DNA of 64,000 nt. Origin: Thermoanaerobaculia bacterium. GTDB lineage: Bacteria > Acidobacteriota > Thermoanaerobaculia > Multivoradales > Multivoraceae. This document shows, piece by piece, positions 1 to 9,970 of this stretch. The DNA is taken from contig OY761158.1 in assembly GCA_963664405.1 (NCBI GenBank), positions 3,712,001 to 3,776,000 on the forward strand. The letters run 5' to 3'. Numbering within the stretch: the first letter of the stretch is position 1; the number at the start of each line of letters is the position of its first letter. The translations under genes and the position numbers were made by a program. The notes under the pieces were generated by a model. The model searched no databases. It saw nothing but the letters and a program-made list of their open reading frames with translations, and had not been told where the DNA came from.

Positions 1-2
1 TC

Positions 3-1112
3 CAGTGCGCAGAGGCGCTGGCCACGCGGCACCGGGTGCGGCTGCTGGTTCCGGAGCCTCCTTCGAGTCAGCTCACTCCGCCCGATCTCGATTTCGAGGT
101 CAGCTTCTACCCGCCAAGGCGTACTCTGTTTCCGATTGCCCTCGCAGTGGCGCTGGCGCGGGGTCTGCCACTTCAGAGCGCCTTCTTCGCTTTTCAGGAT
201 CTAGAGGACAGGATTCGACAGTTGGCGCCGCAGGCGGATCTGGTCATCCTCCAGTTGGCAAGGCTGGCCGCCTTCCTGCCCGCGGCCTCCGGCTTACCTG
301 CGGTTGGGGACCGTCCCGTCGTTGTGGACTTGATCGATAGCCTCTCACTCGGTTTCATCGGACGCGCCTGCAGAGACCGGGCCTGGTTGGCGCCGCTCTT
401 CCGTTTTGAGTCTCGCCGACTCGCTCGCTGTGAAGAACGCCTGGTGCGGCTGAGCCGCGCTTCGTTGTTAGTAGCAGATCGAGATAGGGAGCACATGGCG
501 TCGAGACTCAGCACGGACTTGGCCGCCCGTCTGCGAACAGTCCCGATTGCGATGCCGCTGCGCGAGCCGGAAGTACAGGCCGCGCCGGAAGAGGCCCTCA
601 TCTTCAGCGGCAACCTCGGGTACTTCGTCAACGAAGACGCCCTACGCTGGTTTGTGAAGGAGGTTTGGTCACCGCTGCTCGCCGCTCGACCCGGTCTGCG
701 GTTGATCTGTGCCGGATCTCGGCCTTCGGCCACTCTTCGTCGGCTGCTTACTCGTGCCGGCGCCTCGCTGGTCGTGGAGCCTCCGGATCTCACTCGGGTT
801 CTTGCGTCAGCGACGGTTGCTCTGGCGCCCCTCAACTGCGGTTCCGGGGTTCCTCTCAAAGTCCTCGAAGCGTGGGCCACTTGCGTCCCTGTAGTTGCAT
901 CGAGCTGGGCGGCTGCCGGTGTCGCCGGAGAGAACGGGAGGGATCTTCTGATTGCGGACTCGGTAGAGAGCTGGATTGCTGCCATCTGCGATCTTCTCGA
1001 TCGTCCGGAGCTACGCCGGAAGTTGGTCGCCGCGGGGCGCGAGAGACTGCGCCAGGACTACTCCGCGGAGCTTGTTCGTAGTCGCTTCCTCGATAGCGTC
1101 GAAGCCGTCTGA
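3..1112 (+). CDS. Glycosyltransferase family 4 protein (5' partial)
   Basis: C-terminal GT-B motifs FSGNLGYFVN, APLNCGSGVPLKVLEAWA; frame is open to the window edge. Confidence 0.85.
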   Translation, partial: QCAEALATRHRVRLLVPEPPSSQLTPPDLDFEVSFYPPRRTLFPIALAVALARGLPLQSAFFAFQDLEDRIRQLAPQADLVILQLARLAAFLPAASGLPAVGDRPVVVDLIDSLSLGFIGRACRDRAWLAPLFRFESRRLARCEERLVRLSRASLLVADRDREHMASRLSTDLAARLRTVPIAMPLREPEVQAAPEEALIFSGNLGYFVNEDALRWFVKEVWSPLLAARPGLRLICAGSRPSATLRRLLTRAGASLVVEPPDLTRVLASATVALAPLNCGSGVPLKVLEAWATCVPVVASSWAAAGVAGENGRDLLIADSVESWIAAICDLLDRPELRRKLVAAGRERLRQDYSAELVRSRFLDSVEAV

Positions 1113-1179
1113 GCGACCGCTCGCGGCGGTGGATGGAGGGCCGTAGAGCGGTGGGGAGACATGTTAATGTCTGCTGGCT

Positions 1180-4100
1180 GTGTGCGGAATTGTGGCAGTT
1201 CTTGGGGCCCCATCCGAGCGGGAGGTAGGGGGCCGGGAGGAGCTCCTCGGAGGACTCCGCGAGGCGCTCGCGGCGCTGCCGAGCACGACCTCTTCCTTCA
1301 CGACCTGGCCGGAGGCACTGTTGCATGCGAGAGCTTGCACCGATGCGGTCGACGACCCGCTTCGCAGCAGGCTCGGCGTACGGCTCTTGGTCGACGACCA
1401 GGACTTGTGCACCGGCATCGAGTCTTTGTGCTCGCAGATCGATGAGCGAGTGGCCTCACTCGAGTCCCGGTTGGACGGCGACAGCTTTGTCTTCCAAGCG
1501 GCCGCGCTCGAGGAGATCAACGGAGAGCTGAACCAGTTGAAGGACGCGGTGTGGAAGGTCGCTCGAGACCGAGTGGGCGCGGCGCATCGCATCCGCAGTC
1601 TGGCTGGCGAGTGCCCGACCGCTACTGAGGTCGATGGCCTGGCGGCGATTGAGACGGTGCTCTCGGCGCTCGACCGTCTAGAGGTGCGGGGTCGGGACTC
1701 CTCCGGTATCCACCTGTTCGTCGATGGTGCCGGATTGACGGAGGCTGGTAGGGAGATCTCAGAGCTGGTCGCGCAGCGAGCCTCGGACCCCGTCTTTTCG
1801 TCGGGTGCTCTGCGCTCCCTCGGTGACGGCACTTTGAGCATGGTCTACAAGGCGGCCGCCGAGATCGGTGAGTTGGGAGACAACGGAAAGAAGATTCGCT
1901 GGGCGCTGCGCCAAGATCCGGTGCTGCGTTGCGCGTTGGCGGCTTCCGATGGGCGGCTCTCGGTTCTTGGCCACACTCGTTGGGCCAGCGTGGGCATGAT
2001 CTCCGAAGCCAACGCGCACCCGCTCAACCACGAGGAGGTCGATGGTGATTCGCCTCCCCAAGGGGGGGATTCGGCCCCCAATGTGGTGGCGGCGGTCAAC
2101 GGAGACATCGACAACTATTTGGAGCTACAAAAGGCCGAGCACCTACGTTTTCCGGATGAGATCACGACCGACGCCAAGGTCGTCCCGGTCCTTCTCTCTC
2201 GTCGTCTCGCGGAGGGAGTACCGCTGGTGGAGGCGTTTCGGCGCACGGTCTCGTCGTTCACGGGGTCCGTTGCGATCGCGGTCCAGAGCGCGTCTGATCC
2301 CGATCTGCTTCTGTTGGCGCTCCACGGTAGCGGACAGGCGCTCTACGTCGGGCTTCTGGACGGCAGCTACGTCGTTGCGAGCGAGCCCTACGGTGTCGTC
2401 GAGCAGGCCGACGAATACTTTCGGATGGACGGCGAGAGCGCGGGCAACGCCGAGAACCCGATTGCCAGTCGCGGCCAGATCGTGGTCCTGGACCGGCGCC
2501 GGGCCGGCAGCCTGGAGGGCATTCACCGAATCGCCTACGACGGCACTGCTCTGCCGCTGTGCGAGGCGGATGTAGAGACCGCGGAGATCACCACCAGAGA
2601 CATCGATCGAGGGGACTACCCGCACTACCTTCTCAAAGAGATCTCTCAAGCGTCCGACTCGTTTCGCAAGACGCTGCGAGGCAAGGTTCGAGAGGACAAA
2701 AGCGGCTATCTACGCGTGCATCTGGGCGCGACGGCGCTTCCTTCGCGCCTAGAGGAGCTTCTCGCTGCCGGTGTCGTTCGCAGAATCTGCGTGATCGGTC
2801 AGGGAACGGCAGCGGTTGCGGGGCAGGCGGTCGCCGAGGCTATCGGTGACGTGCTCTCGAAGCAGCGCATTCGCGTGGAGGCGATGCCGGCGACGGAGCT
2901 GTCTGGTTTTCGACTTCGTCAGGACATGGCCGATACCTTGGTGGTCGCGATCTCTCAATCGGGAACCACCACCGATACCAATCGGACCGTGGACTTGGTT
3001 CGGGCTCGCGGTGCGTTCGTGGTGTCGGTGGTGAACAGGCGTGGCAGCGACCTGGTGAATCGCTCCGACGGTGTGCTCTACACCTCCGATGGTCGCGATG
3101 TAGAGATGAGCGTGGCGTCCACTAAGGCCTTTTATGCGCAAGTGGCCGCCGGCTTCCTGCTTGCCCTGGGGCTCAAGCAAATTATCGATGTCGAGAGCTC
3201 TCGACTCGACGACGAGGACCTTCGCCTTCTCGAGGGCCTACGACAGGTGCCAGAGCTTCTCGAGAAGGTGCTCGACACGAGGTCGGTAGTACGCCGAGTT
3301 GCGAGTCGTCACGCCTCGCGTCGGCGGCATTGGGCGGTAGTTGGCAGTGGCTGGAGTCGTGTGGCCGCCGAGGAGATTCGCATCAAGCTCTCGGAGCTCT
3401 GCTACAAGTCGATCGCCTGTGACATCACTGAGGACAAGAAACACATCGATCTGTCTTCAGAGCCCCTGATCTTGGTTTGCAGCGCCGGCTTGCCTAGCTC
3501 GACTTTGGCGGACGTAGTCAAGGAAGTCGCGATCTATCGAGCCCACAAGGCGGCGCCGGTCGTGATTGCCACCGCCGGAGATGGGGCCTTCCAGGACAGT
3601 GAAGACACAATCGAGATTCCTGCCTGTCACCCGCGCCTCGCATTCGTGCTTACCACTATGGTCGGTCACCTCTTCGGCTATGAAGCTGCCCTCGCCATCG
3701 ACCGCGAGGCCCTCCCGCTGCGCGAGATGCGCAAAGAGATCGAGGAGCTGGTCCTCGCCGCCCATCCGGGAGAGCACCTTCTCGAGACCTTGGCGCCTAG
3801 GATCGAGGCCCATTCTGAGCACTTCCTGTCCCGACTCTCGAGCGGTTTCTGTGATGGACCGCTCGAGGCTTCGACCGCGGTGCGGCTGGCCTCTCTTCTA
3901 CGTTACGTTGCGGGTCTGACGCCTCTCGAGTCCTACGGCGCAGAGCATGGAAAGACTGGAGCCCCCTCGGTCGTCATCGAGGACCTGATGTCGGCTCTAA
4001 CTCGCGGCGTAGAGGAGCTGACTCGGCCGGTGGATGCCATCAAACACCAGGCGAAGACGGTTACCGTCGGGATCTCACGTGCGGACGAGGCTCTACTGAC

Positions 4101-4683
4101 CGTTCCTCTGGTCTCCTCGGCGCTCGACAGCGGCCTGCCGAGGGAGCGCATCACCTACCGCGATTTGCGCGCTCTGGCCGGGCTCGACCCGGCGGTGGCT
4201 GAGGTGGAGGGGTATACGCGATACCGCATTATCCCGAACAAAGGCGCAACCGATGCGATCGAGGTCATAGCCACTGCCGGCGTTGCTGCCGGCATCCCCT
4301 CGCGCACAGTCGTCACACCTGAGCTTCGCGGCACCAAGCATATGGTGGCCAGCGAGCGGCAGCTCTTCGTGGCACGCGGGCGCAGCGACGGCCGGACGGT
4401 GATCCTGGTGCCGGAGATCGAGAGAGCTCAGGTGAGCGGCCTACTGCTTCTTCATGTGCGCTTCGAGGAGAAGATCAGCCCCGCCGCGATGCGCGCCGTC
4501 CTCAGTTCGTATCGGAGCCGCCTTACGGCCCTGCGTGACGCAGTAATGGAGACAGAGCCGGACTTTCGCGAGGAGCTGCTCGGTGAGCTTCCGGTCGCTG
4601 ATCTCTTGACGCTGCCTATCCTGGATTTGGTCGGGCATTGGCAGACAGAGACAAAGATTCACACTGACGAGGTCATGAAATGA
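1180..4683 (+). CDS. glmS: Glutamine--fructose-6-phosphate transaminase, extended form (1167 aa)
   Basis: N-terminal MCGI nucleophile, RGRDSSGI, GHTRWA, NAHP, NGDIDNY; SIS motifs ISQSGTT, VASTKAF; QAKTVTV. Confidence 0.85.
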   Translation: MCGIVAVLGAPSEREVGGREELLGGLREALAALPSTTSSFTTWPEALLHARACTDAVDDPLRSRLGVRLLVDDQDLCTGIESLCSQIDERVASLESRLDGDSFVFQAAALEEINGELNQLKDAVWKVARDRVGAAHRIRSLAGECPTATEVDGLAAIETVLSALDRLEVRGRDSSGIHLFVDGAGLTEAGREISELVAQRASDPVFSSGALRSLGDGTLSMVYKAAAEIGELGDNGKKIRWALRQDPVLRCALAASDGRLSVLGHTRWASVGMISEANAHPLNHEEVDGDSPPQGGDSAPNVVAAVNGDIDNYLELQKAEHLRFPDEITTDAKVVPVLLSRRLAEGVPLVEAFRRTVSSFTGSVAIAVQSASDPDLLLLALHGSGQALYVGLLDGSYVVASEPYGVVEQADEYFRMDGESAGNAENPIASRGQIVVLDRRRAGSLEGIHRIAYDGTALPLCEADVETAEITTRDIDRGDYPHYLLKEISQASDSFRKTLRGKVREDKSGYLRVHLGATALPSRLEELLAAGVVRRICVIGQGTAAVAGQAVAEAIGDVLSKQRIRVEAMPATELSGFRLRQDMADTLVVAISQSGTTTDTNRTVDLVRARGAFVVSVVNRRGSDLVNRSDGVLYTSDGRDVEMSVASTKAFYAQVAAGFLLALGLKQIIDVESSRLDDEDLRLLEGLRQVPELLEKVLDTRSVVRRVASRHASRRRHWAVVGSGWSRVAAEEIRIKLSELCYKSIACDITEDKKHIDLSSEPLILVCSAGLPSSTLADVVKEVAIYRAHKAAPVVIATAGDGAFQDSEDTIEIPACHPRLAFVLTTMVGHLFGYEAALAIDREALPLREMRKEIEELVLAAHPGEHLLETLAPRIEAHSEHFLSRLSSGFCDGPLEASTAVRLASLLRYVAGLTPLESYGAEHGKTGAPSVVIEDLMSALTRGVEELTRPVDAIKHQAKTVTVGISRADEALLTVPLVSSALDSGLPRERITYRDLRALAGLDPAVAEVEGYTRYRIIPNKGATDAIEVIATAGVAAGIPSRTVVTPELRGTKHMVASERQLFVARGRSDGRTVILVPEIERAQVSGLLLLHVRFEEKISPAAMRAVLSSYRSRLTALRDAVMETEPDFREELLGELPVADLLTLPILDLVGHWQTETKIHTDEVMK

Positions 4684-5642
4684 AGGTTCTTGTTACCGGT
4701 TCAGCCGGGTTCATTGGATTCCACGTTGCGCAAGCGCTGCTGGATCGCGGCGATGAGGTGGTCGGTCTCGACGCCTTCACCGCTTACTACGATCCTGTGC
4801 TCAAGGAGAGACGAAACTCGATACTCGAATCTCGCGAGGGCTTCACCAGCCTGCGTGGAGACATCGTCGACCTGGATCTACTGGGCTCCGCCTTCGACCT
4901 CCTCGGCGGGGGAGACATGACCCGGGTGTGTCATCTGGCTGCACAGGCGGGAGTAAGGCACTCCATCGCACATCCCGACGAGTTCATTCGCGACAACGTT
5001 GCCGGCTTCGGCAACATCATCGAGCTGTGCAAAGTACGTGGAGTTGAGGGATTGATCTACGCTTCGACCAGCTCGGTATACGGGGACAATAAGGACTTTC
5101 CCCTCCGGGAAGCCTCGAATACCGACCACCAGGTCTCCCTCTACGGCATGACCAAGAAGGCCAACGAGCTCCAGGCCTCTGTCTACAACAGCCTGTTCGG
5201 TCTGCACTGTACGGGGCTGCGCTTCTTCACCGTCTATGGCACCTGGGGCCGCCCGGACATGGCGCTCTTCTTGTTCACCGACGCTGTTCTCAAGGGACAT
5301 CCGATGAGGATCTTTGGTCACGGCAAGATGCGTCGCGATTTCACCTACGTCGACGACATCGTCGCGGGAGTGCTGGCCTCTCTCGACCGCAATTACTCTC
5401 TCGAAGTGATCAACCTCGGCTGCGGCAACACCGAAGAATTGATGGACTTCGTGCACCTGATCGAAGAGAGCTGCGGGAAGGAAGGGGAGAAGGAGTTTCT
5501 GCCGATGCAGCTCGGCGACGTGATCCAAACCGGCGCCGATGTCTCCCGAGCCCGCGAGCTACTCGGCTACGAGCCCAAGACAAAGATCTGCGACGGCGTG
5601 CCTCGCTTCGTCGAGTGGTACCGCGAGTACTTCGGCGTTTAG
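4680..5642 (+). CDS. NAD-dependent epimerase (UDP-glucuronate 4-epimerase-like)
   Basis: GSAGFIG, HLAAQAGVR, YGMTK, LRFFTVYGTWGRPDMA. Confidence 0.9.
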   Translation: MKVLVTGSAGFIGFHVAQALLDRGDEVVGLDAFTAYYDPVLKERRNSILESREGFTSLRGDIVDLDLLGSAFDLLGGGDMTRVCHLAAQAGVRHSIAHPDEFIRDNVAGFGNIIELCKVRGVEGLIYASTSSVYGDNKDFPLREASNTDHQVSLYGMTKKANELQASVYNSLFGLHCTGLRFFTVYGTWGRPDMALFLFTDAVLKGHPMRIFGHGKMRRDFTYVDDIVAGVLASLDRNYSLEVINLGCGNTEELMDFVHLIEESCGKEGEKEFLPMQLGDVIQTGADVSRARELLGYEPKTKICDGVPRFVEWYREYFGV

Positions 5643-5655
5643 CCGCCTGGGCCTC

Positions 5656-6024
5656 ATGCCAGTCCTGGAAGTCGAGCTGGTGTTGCGCGACGACGAGATC
5701 CTCGCTGAGGATCTTGCCGGCCGTATCGCCGACGCTGCGGGAGAGGTTTTCGATGCAGCGCCGGGAACGACTTGGGTACGGCTGCGGACCTCGCTCCCTT
5801 CCTCCTACGGCGAAAGCGGCGGCGGGCCGCCTGCAGACACGCATCCGGTCTTCGTCCGCGTCCTCAAGGCGGACATCGCTGACGGTGAGACGCTCTCGAA
5901 TGAGGCTGTGCGCCTCACCGAGACCCTGGCGGCCATCATTGGGAGACCTCTCGAGAACGTCCATCTCATCTACGAGCCCGCGGCCCGAGGCAGGGTCGCC
6001 TTCGGCGGCAAGTTAGTCCTCTAG
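5656..6024 (+). CDS. Tautomerase superfamily protein
   Basis: Met-Pro N-terminus; C-terminal GRPLENVHLIYEP..GRVAFGG; start reassigned from 5539 to the ATG at 5656. Confidence 0.7.
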   Translation: MPVLEVELVLRDDEILAEDLAGRIADAAGEVFDAAPGTTWVRLRTSLPSSYGESGGGPPADTHPVFVRVLKADIADGETLSNEAVRLTETLAAIIGRPLENVHLIYEPAARGRVAFGGKLVL

Positions 6025-6186
6025 ACCAGCGTTTCCAAAGTTCGCGCACATATCTCGGGCCCTTCTGCCCGCTGGCGTCGTTTCGCCTCCTCGACATATT
6101 GCCCAATATGCCTGCGTCGGCGCGCCTAGCCAGCGAACAGAATGACCTCGAGCTATGCAGCACGAACTTTGGAAACGCTGGTCTAG
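6021..6186. repeat. 166-bp CTAG-bounded long palindromic element (MITE/REP-like)
   Basis: 24-bp perfect terminal inverted repeat CTAGACCAGCGTTTCCAAAGTTCG; imperfect pairing continues inward. Confidence 0.8.
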
Positions 6187-6241
6187 TGCCCGCCCCAGCG
6201 GCTAAGTAACAAGGCTCTGGGCGGCCCTCGCTAAGCGCAAG

Positions 6242-6383
6242 GTCGCAGGCCGCGAAAAGGGGGTCTTGGGGGCCGGGGTGCGCAGCATAATTCTTCGAGC
6301 ACAAGATCGCTGCAGAACCGGGGTCTATCCGAAGCGCGAAGCACCCCGGCCCCCAAGACCCCCCTGCGGCCGACCCCTGCGAC
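6242..6383. repeat. Second long inverted repeat between convergent genes
   Basis: 23-bp perfect arms GGGGGTCTTGGGGGCCGGGGTGC (6259-6281) and its complement (6341-6363); outer GTCGCAGG/CCTGCGAC. Confidence 0.75.
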
Positions 6384-6401
6384 AACGATCGTCGAAGGCC
6401 C

Positions 6402-7616
6402 TTACTGCGACTCTGCGAGGTTGCGGAGGGCTCGTTCGAGGACCTGGATCGCTTGCCAGTATTCGTCGAGAGAGATGTGCTCGTTGGGAGTGTGGTCCAA
6501 GCGACTGTCCCCGGGGCCGTAGGCGAGGATGGGGCAGCGCCACGCCGGACCGACGACATTCATGTCGCTGGTACCGGTCTTGACTACGAATCCGGGTTTT
6601 GTGCCGCTTTCCGACGAGGCGCGGATGGCGGCGAGAAAGCTTCGCACCAATGGGCTTCTCGACTCACTCTTCCACGCCGGCTCGTAAGCGTCGAAGGCAA
6701 GTCTGACTCTGCCTGCCTCACCCTCCAGCTCGATGCTCGACGAGAGACCGGGCTCGAGTGCCGGCGGTGGCGGTGGCGGTGAGCTCGTCCAGCCGGCCGC
6801 CCACCGAGCAAAGGTCTCGAGCATCGGCCCTGGCACGAACTTGGGGGGCAGTCGGATTCCGATCTTGGCCGTAACCGTCTCTTCGAGGCCGTCCGAGTCG
6901 GTGTTGACGCCCCGTAGGCTGGGAAGAAGCTGCTCGAAGGCGCGATCGATACCCTCATTGAAGTCGTGGCAGAACTTCTCGGTAAGCGACCAGAGAGCGA
7001 ACGCGACGGTAGCGATTCCGGCTTCCGGTCCGGCGGTATGTGTGATCGCGCGACGTGCCTCCAGCTCGATGAGAACCCGGCCTTTATAGCCCAGAGTGAC
7101 GCGGTCCCAACGACTGGGCTCACCGATGATGCAAGCGGTGGGTGGCAACTCTCCATTGCCACCAAAGCGATTGCGAATGAAGCGGGCTCCTTTACTCGTT
7201 GCGGCCTCCTCCTCGACGGCGCCGACAACGACCAGTCGTAGATTCGCTCTGCGGGCCCAGTCACCGCCGAGGCGGGAGCCGGCGGCTACGAAGGTGGCCA
7301 GCGGCCCTTTGGCATCGACTGCGCCGCGCCCGTAGAGCACCCGCCCGCCGTCGCTGCGACCCTCTACGCGGACTGGAATGGCGCCTGGAACGGTGTCGAT
7401 GTGGCCCAAGAGGACCACGGTGCGCTCCGCGTCGGGCTCACCCAGCTCGCCCACTGCGTTGCCGGCCTCGTCGACTCGAGTCCGCTCGTAGCCGAGCTCC
7501 GCCATGGTGGCCGTCAGCCAGGTGGCCGCCTCGGACTCATCGCCCGAAAGCGAGGGGATTGCGAGCAGACTTTCGAGGAGGGTGGCTGCTTGATCTCGAT
7601 CCGGGCTCGGGCTCAT
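6402..7616 (-). CDS. lysK: [LysW]-lysine/ornithine hydrolase (M20 peptidase)
   Basis: [39 protein letters not shown]; ATG overlaps the lysJ stop (TAATG). Confidence 0.9.
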   Translation of the reverse strand: MSPSPDRDQAATLLESLLAIPSLSGDESEAATWLTATMAELGYERTRVDEAGNAVGELGEPDAERTVVLLGHIDTVPGAIPVRVEGRSDGGRVLYGRGAVDAKGPLATFVAAGSRLGGDWARRANLRLVVVGAVEEEAATSKGARFIRNRFGGNGELPPTACIIGEPSRWDRVTLGYKGRVLIELEARRAITHTAGPEAGIATVAFALWSLTEKFCHDFNEGIDRAFEQLLPSLRGVNTDSDGLEETVTAKIGIRLPPKFVPGPMLETFARWAAGWTSSPPPPPPALEPGLSSSIELEGEAGRVRLAFDAYEPAWKSESRSPLVRSFLAAIRASSESGTKPGFVVKTGTSDMNVVGPAWRCPILAYGPGDSRLDHTPNEHISLDEYWQAIQVLERALRNLAESQ

Positions 7617-8785
7617 TACTGGAGTACCGCCGCGATCGCTTTGACCGCTTGGTCGATCTGTTCTCGGGTGACGATCAGGGCAGGGAGGAGGCGAAGAACT
7701 GTTGGGCCGGCAGGAAGGGCGAGAAGGTTGTGCTCCTCCATCAACTGGCTGAGGAAAGGAGCGACTTTCTTGCGGAGCTCTATTCCCACCATGAGCCCTC
7801 GACCCCGAAGCTCGCGGACCAGGGTGTAGTCGCCAATGGCGTTGCCGAGCTCGCCAAGAAGGTAGTTCCCCTGCTCGCCTGCTACTGCCGGTAGGTCTTC
7901 CTCCGCCAGTGTTTGCAGGGTGGCGATCGCTGCACTCGAGGCCAGCGGTCCACCACCGAAGGTGGTCCCGTGCAGTCCAGGCCGCAGCGCTTCCGCAACC
8001 GGCTTCGACATCGCTACCGCCCCCATGGGGAAACCGCCGGCAATGCCCTTGGCGAGAACCATGAGGTCGGGCTCGATGCCCGATTCCGTGTGCGCGAACC
8101 ACGATCCCGTGCGCCCGAAACCGGTCTGGATCTCGTCGGCGACAAAGAGGGCTCCGTGGTGCTTGCAGAGCTCTTGCGCTCGGCACAGGAACTCCGCCTG
8201 CACGGGCAAGACCCCGCTTTCGCCCTGCACCGGTTCGGCGATGAATGCACTGGTCTCTGCGGTGATGGCCCTCTCGAGCTCGTCCAAGTCATTCGAGGTG
8301 ACGAAGGTGGCGGGATGGAGGAGTTCCGCAAAGGGCTTGCGGAAGCGCGTGCTCCAGGTCACTCCCAGGGCGCCGAGCGAGCGACCGTGGAAACCGCGTT
8401 TGAGTGCTACCCAGCCGCTTCGCCCGGTCGTCAGGGTGGCGAACTTGAGCGCCGCCTCGACCGCTTCTGTGCCGCTGTTGCACAGGAAAATGTGGGCGAA
8501 GTGCTGCGGAAGGTGCTTCGCCAGCTCGGCCAGCACGGCGGCTCTGGAGTCGTTGAAGAAACTCGACGATAGCGCAATGAGACGTTCCGCCTGTTCTGAG
8601 ATAGCTCGGACGAGTGCCGGGTGTGAGTGGCCGAGCGGAGCCGTTCCATGTGCGCTGGTGAGGTCGAGGTAGCGTCGGTCCTGGTCGTCCCAGAGCCAAC
8701 AGCCTTCGCCACGAACCATGGGCCGGTTGCCCCGTCGGGGAATGAGAATGCCGCCGAGCTCGCGCTCGATCTCAGGAGTGCTCAT
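7616..8785 (-). CDS. lysJ: [LysW]-aminoadipate semialdehyde aminotransferase (class III PLP)
   Basis: NSGTEAVE, FHGRS, DEIQTGFGRTG, AKGIAGG; pathway context. Confidence 0.88.
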   Translation of the reverse strand: MSTPEIERELGGILIPRRGNRPMVRGEGCWLWDDQDRRYLDLTSAHGTAPLGHSHPALVRAISEQAERLIALSSSFFNDSRAAVLAELAKHLPQHFAHIFLCNSGTEAVEAALKFATLTTGRSGWVALKRGFHGRSLGALGVTWSTRFRKPFAELLHPATFVTSNDLDELERAITAETSAFIAEPVQGESGVLPVQAEFLCRAQELCKHHGALFVADEIQTGFGRTGSWFAHTESGIEPDLMVLAKGIAGGFPMGAVAMSKPVAEALRPGLHGTTFGGGPLASSAAIATLQTLAEEDLPAVAGEQGNYLLGELGNAIGDYTLVRELRGRGLMVGIELRKKVAPFLSQLMEEHNLLALPAGPTVLRLLPALIVTREQIDQAVKAIAAVLQ

Positions 8786-8872
8786 CGTGCCTCAGAGTAT
8801 CCCCTGCCTGTCGCTCCCTCAAGGTGGAAGAGCCTTTACTTGCTCGGGTGGACCTGTTGTGATGCTGGGGTT

Positions 8873-9970
8873 GTGCGGCTAGGTATCCTGGCCTCGGAGA
8901 TCGAGGGAGAGTCGACGGGCGTGGGCCGCTTTCTCGAGGGGCTTCTCGGCGGGCTCAGCGCGAGCGACTTCGACGGAGAGATCCACCTTCTCTTCCAAGG
9001 GGCCCCCTTCGACCATGCGCTTTTCTTAGACAACCGTTTCCGCCCCACATTCGCGGACCGATCCGGGCTTTCCTCGGTGATCTGGGAGCAGCTGGTGCTA
9101 CCCGGAGAGTTGCCGGAGTTGGATCTGCTGGTCGGGCCCGCCTACAGTCTTCCTCCCCGCCTCGAGTGTCCAGGTGTGGTGATGATCCACGATCTCTCCT
9201 TCGAAGTGCTGCCAGAGGAGTTTCGGTTTCGCGAACGTTGGCGGCGTCGCATTCTGGCGAGGCATGCGGCGTCGCGCGCGCGCAGGGTGTTGGTTGCGTC
9301 GCGCGAAGTCGCTGGCCAGCTCGAAGAGCTCTATTCGCTCGCCCCTGGGAAAATTGGTCTAGTGCGTTATGGCGTAGAAGTCGAGTCTCTTCGGAATCGG
9401 GCCGCCATTGTGGATACGCCGGTCGAGGGCCGTTATCTTCTCTTCCTTGGGGCCGTACTTCCGCGTCGTCGGCTCGATTTGCTCTTGGAGGCTTTCGCGC
9501 GGTTGCGAGAGCACGAGCCCGATCTGCGACTGGTTCTGGCAGGCCCGAATCGACTTCCGCAGCCTCACTTGCTTGGCCAGTGGATAGGAGAGCATGGCCT
9601 CGAAGAAGCTGTCGTCGAGCTGGGGTGGGTTCCCGAGAACACTTTGCCGGCGCTGCTGGCTGGAGCCGATCTCTCTGTTTATCTGTCTATCTACGAAGGC
9701 TTCGGCCTGCCACCCCTGGAGTCGTTGGCGGTAGGAACGGTGCCGGTGGTCAGTGGAGGCCAGGCACTCGATGATCTCTGGCCTGAGTACCCCTACCGCT
9801 GCCTTTCACTCGACGTTGCTGAGATCGAGCGGGTTCTGCGCCGAGCGCTGAGTGAGAGAGAAGGGCGCAGCGAGATCTGCCGTCAGGGAGGCGAATTGGT
9901 GAGCACTCTCACCTGGGAGTCCTGTGCTCAGAGCTTTCTGGATCAGGTGTCGCGGAGCCGTGCCCAATGA
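8873..9970 (+). CDS. Glycosyltransferase family 4 protein
   Basis: IHDLSF, YEGFGLPPLESLA; likely GTG start at 8873. Confidence 0.85.
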   Translation: MRLGILASEIEGESTGVGRFLEGLLGGLSASDFDGEIHLLFQGAPFDHALFLDNRFRPTFADRSGLSSVIWEQLVLPGELPELDLLVGPAYSLPPRLECPGVVMIHDLSFEVLPEEFRFRERWRRRILARHAASRARRVLVASREVAGQLEELYSLAPGKIGLVRYGVEVESLRNRAAIVDTPVEGRYLLFLGAVLPRRRLDLLLEAFARLREHEPDLRLVLAGPNRLPQPHLLGQWIGEHGLEEAVVELGWVPENTLPALLAGADLSVYLSIYEGFGLPPLESLAVGTVPVVSGGQALDDLWPEYPYRCLSLDVAEIERVLRRALSEREGRSEICRQGGELVSTLTWESCAQSFLDQVSRSRAQ

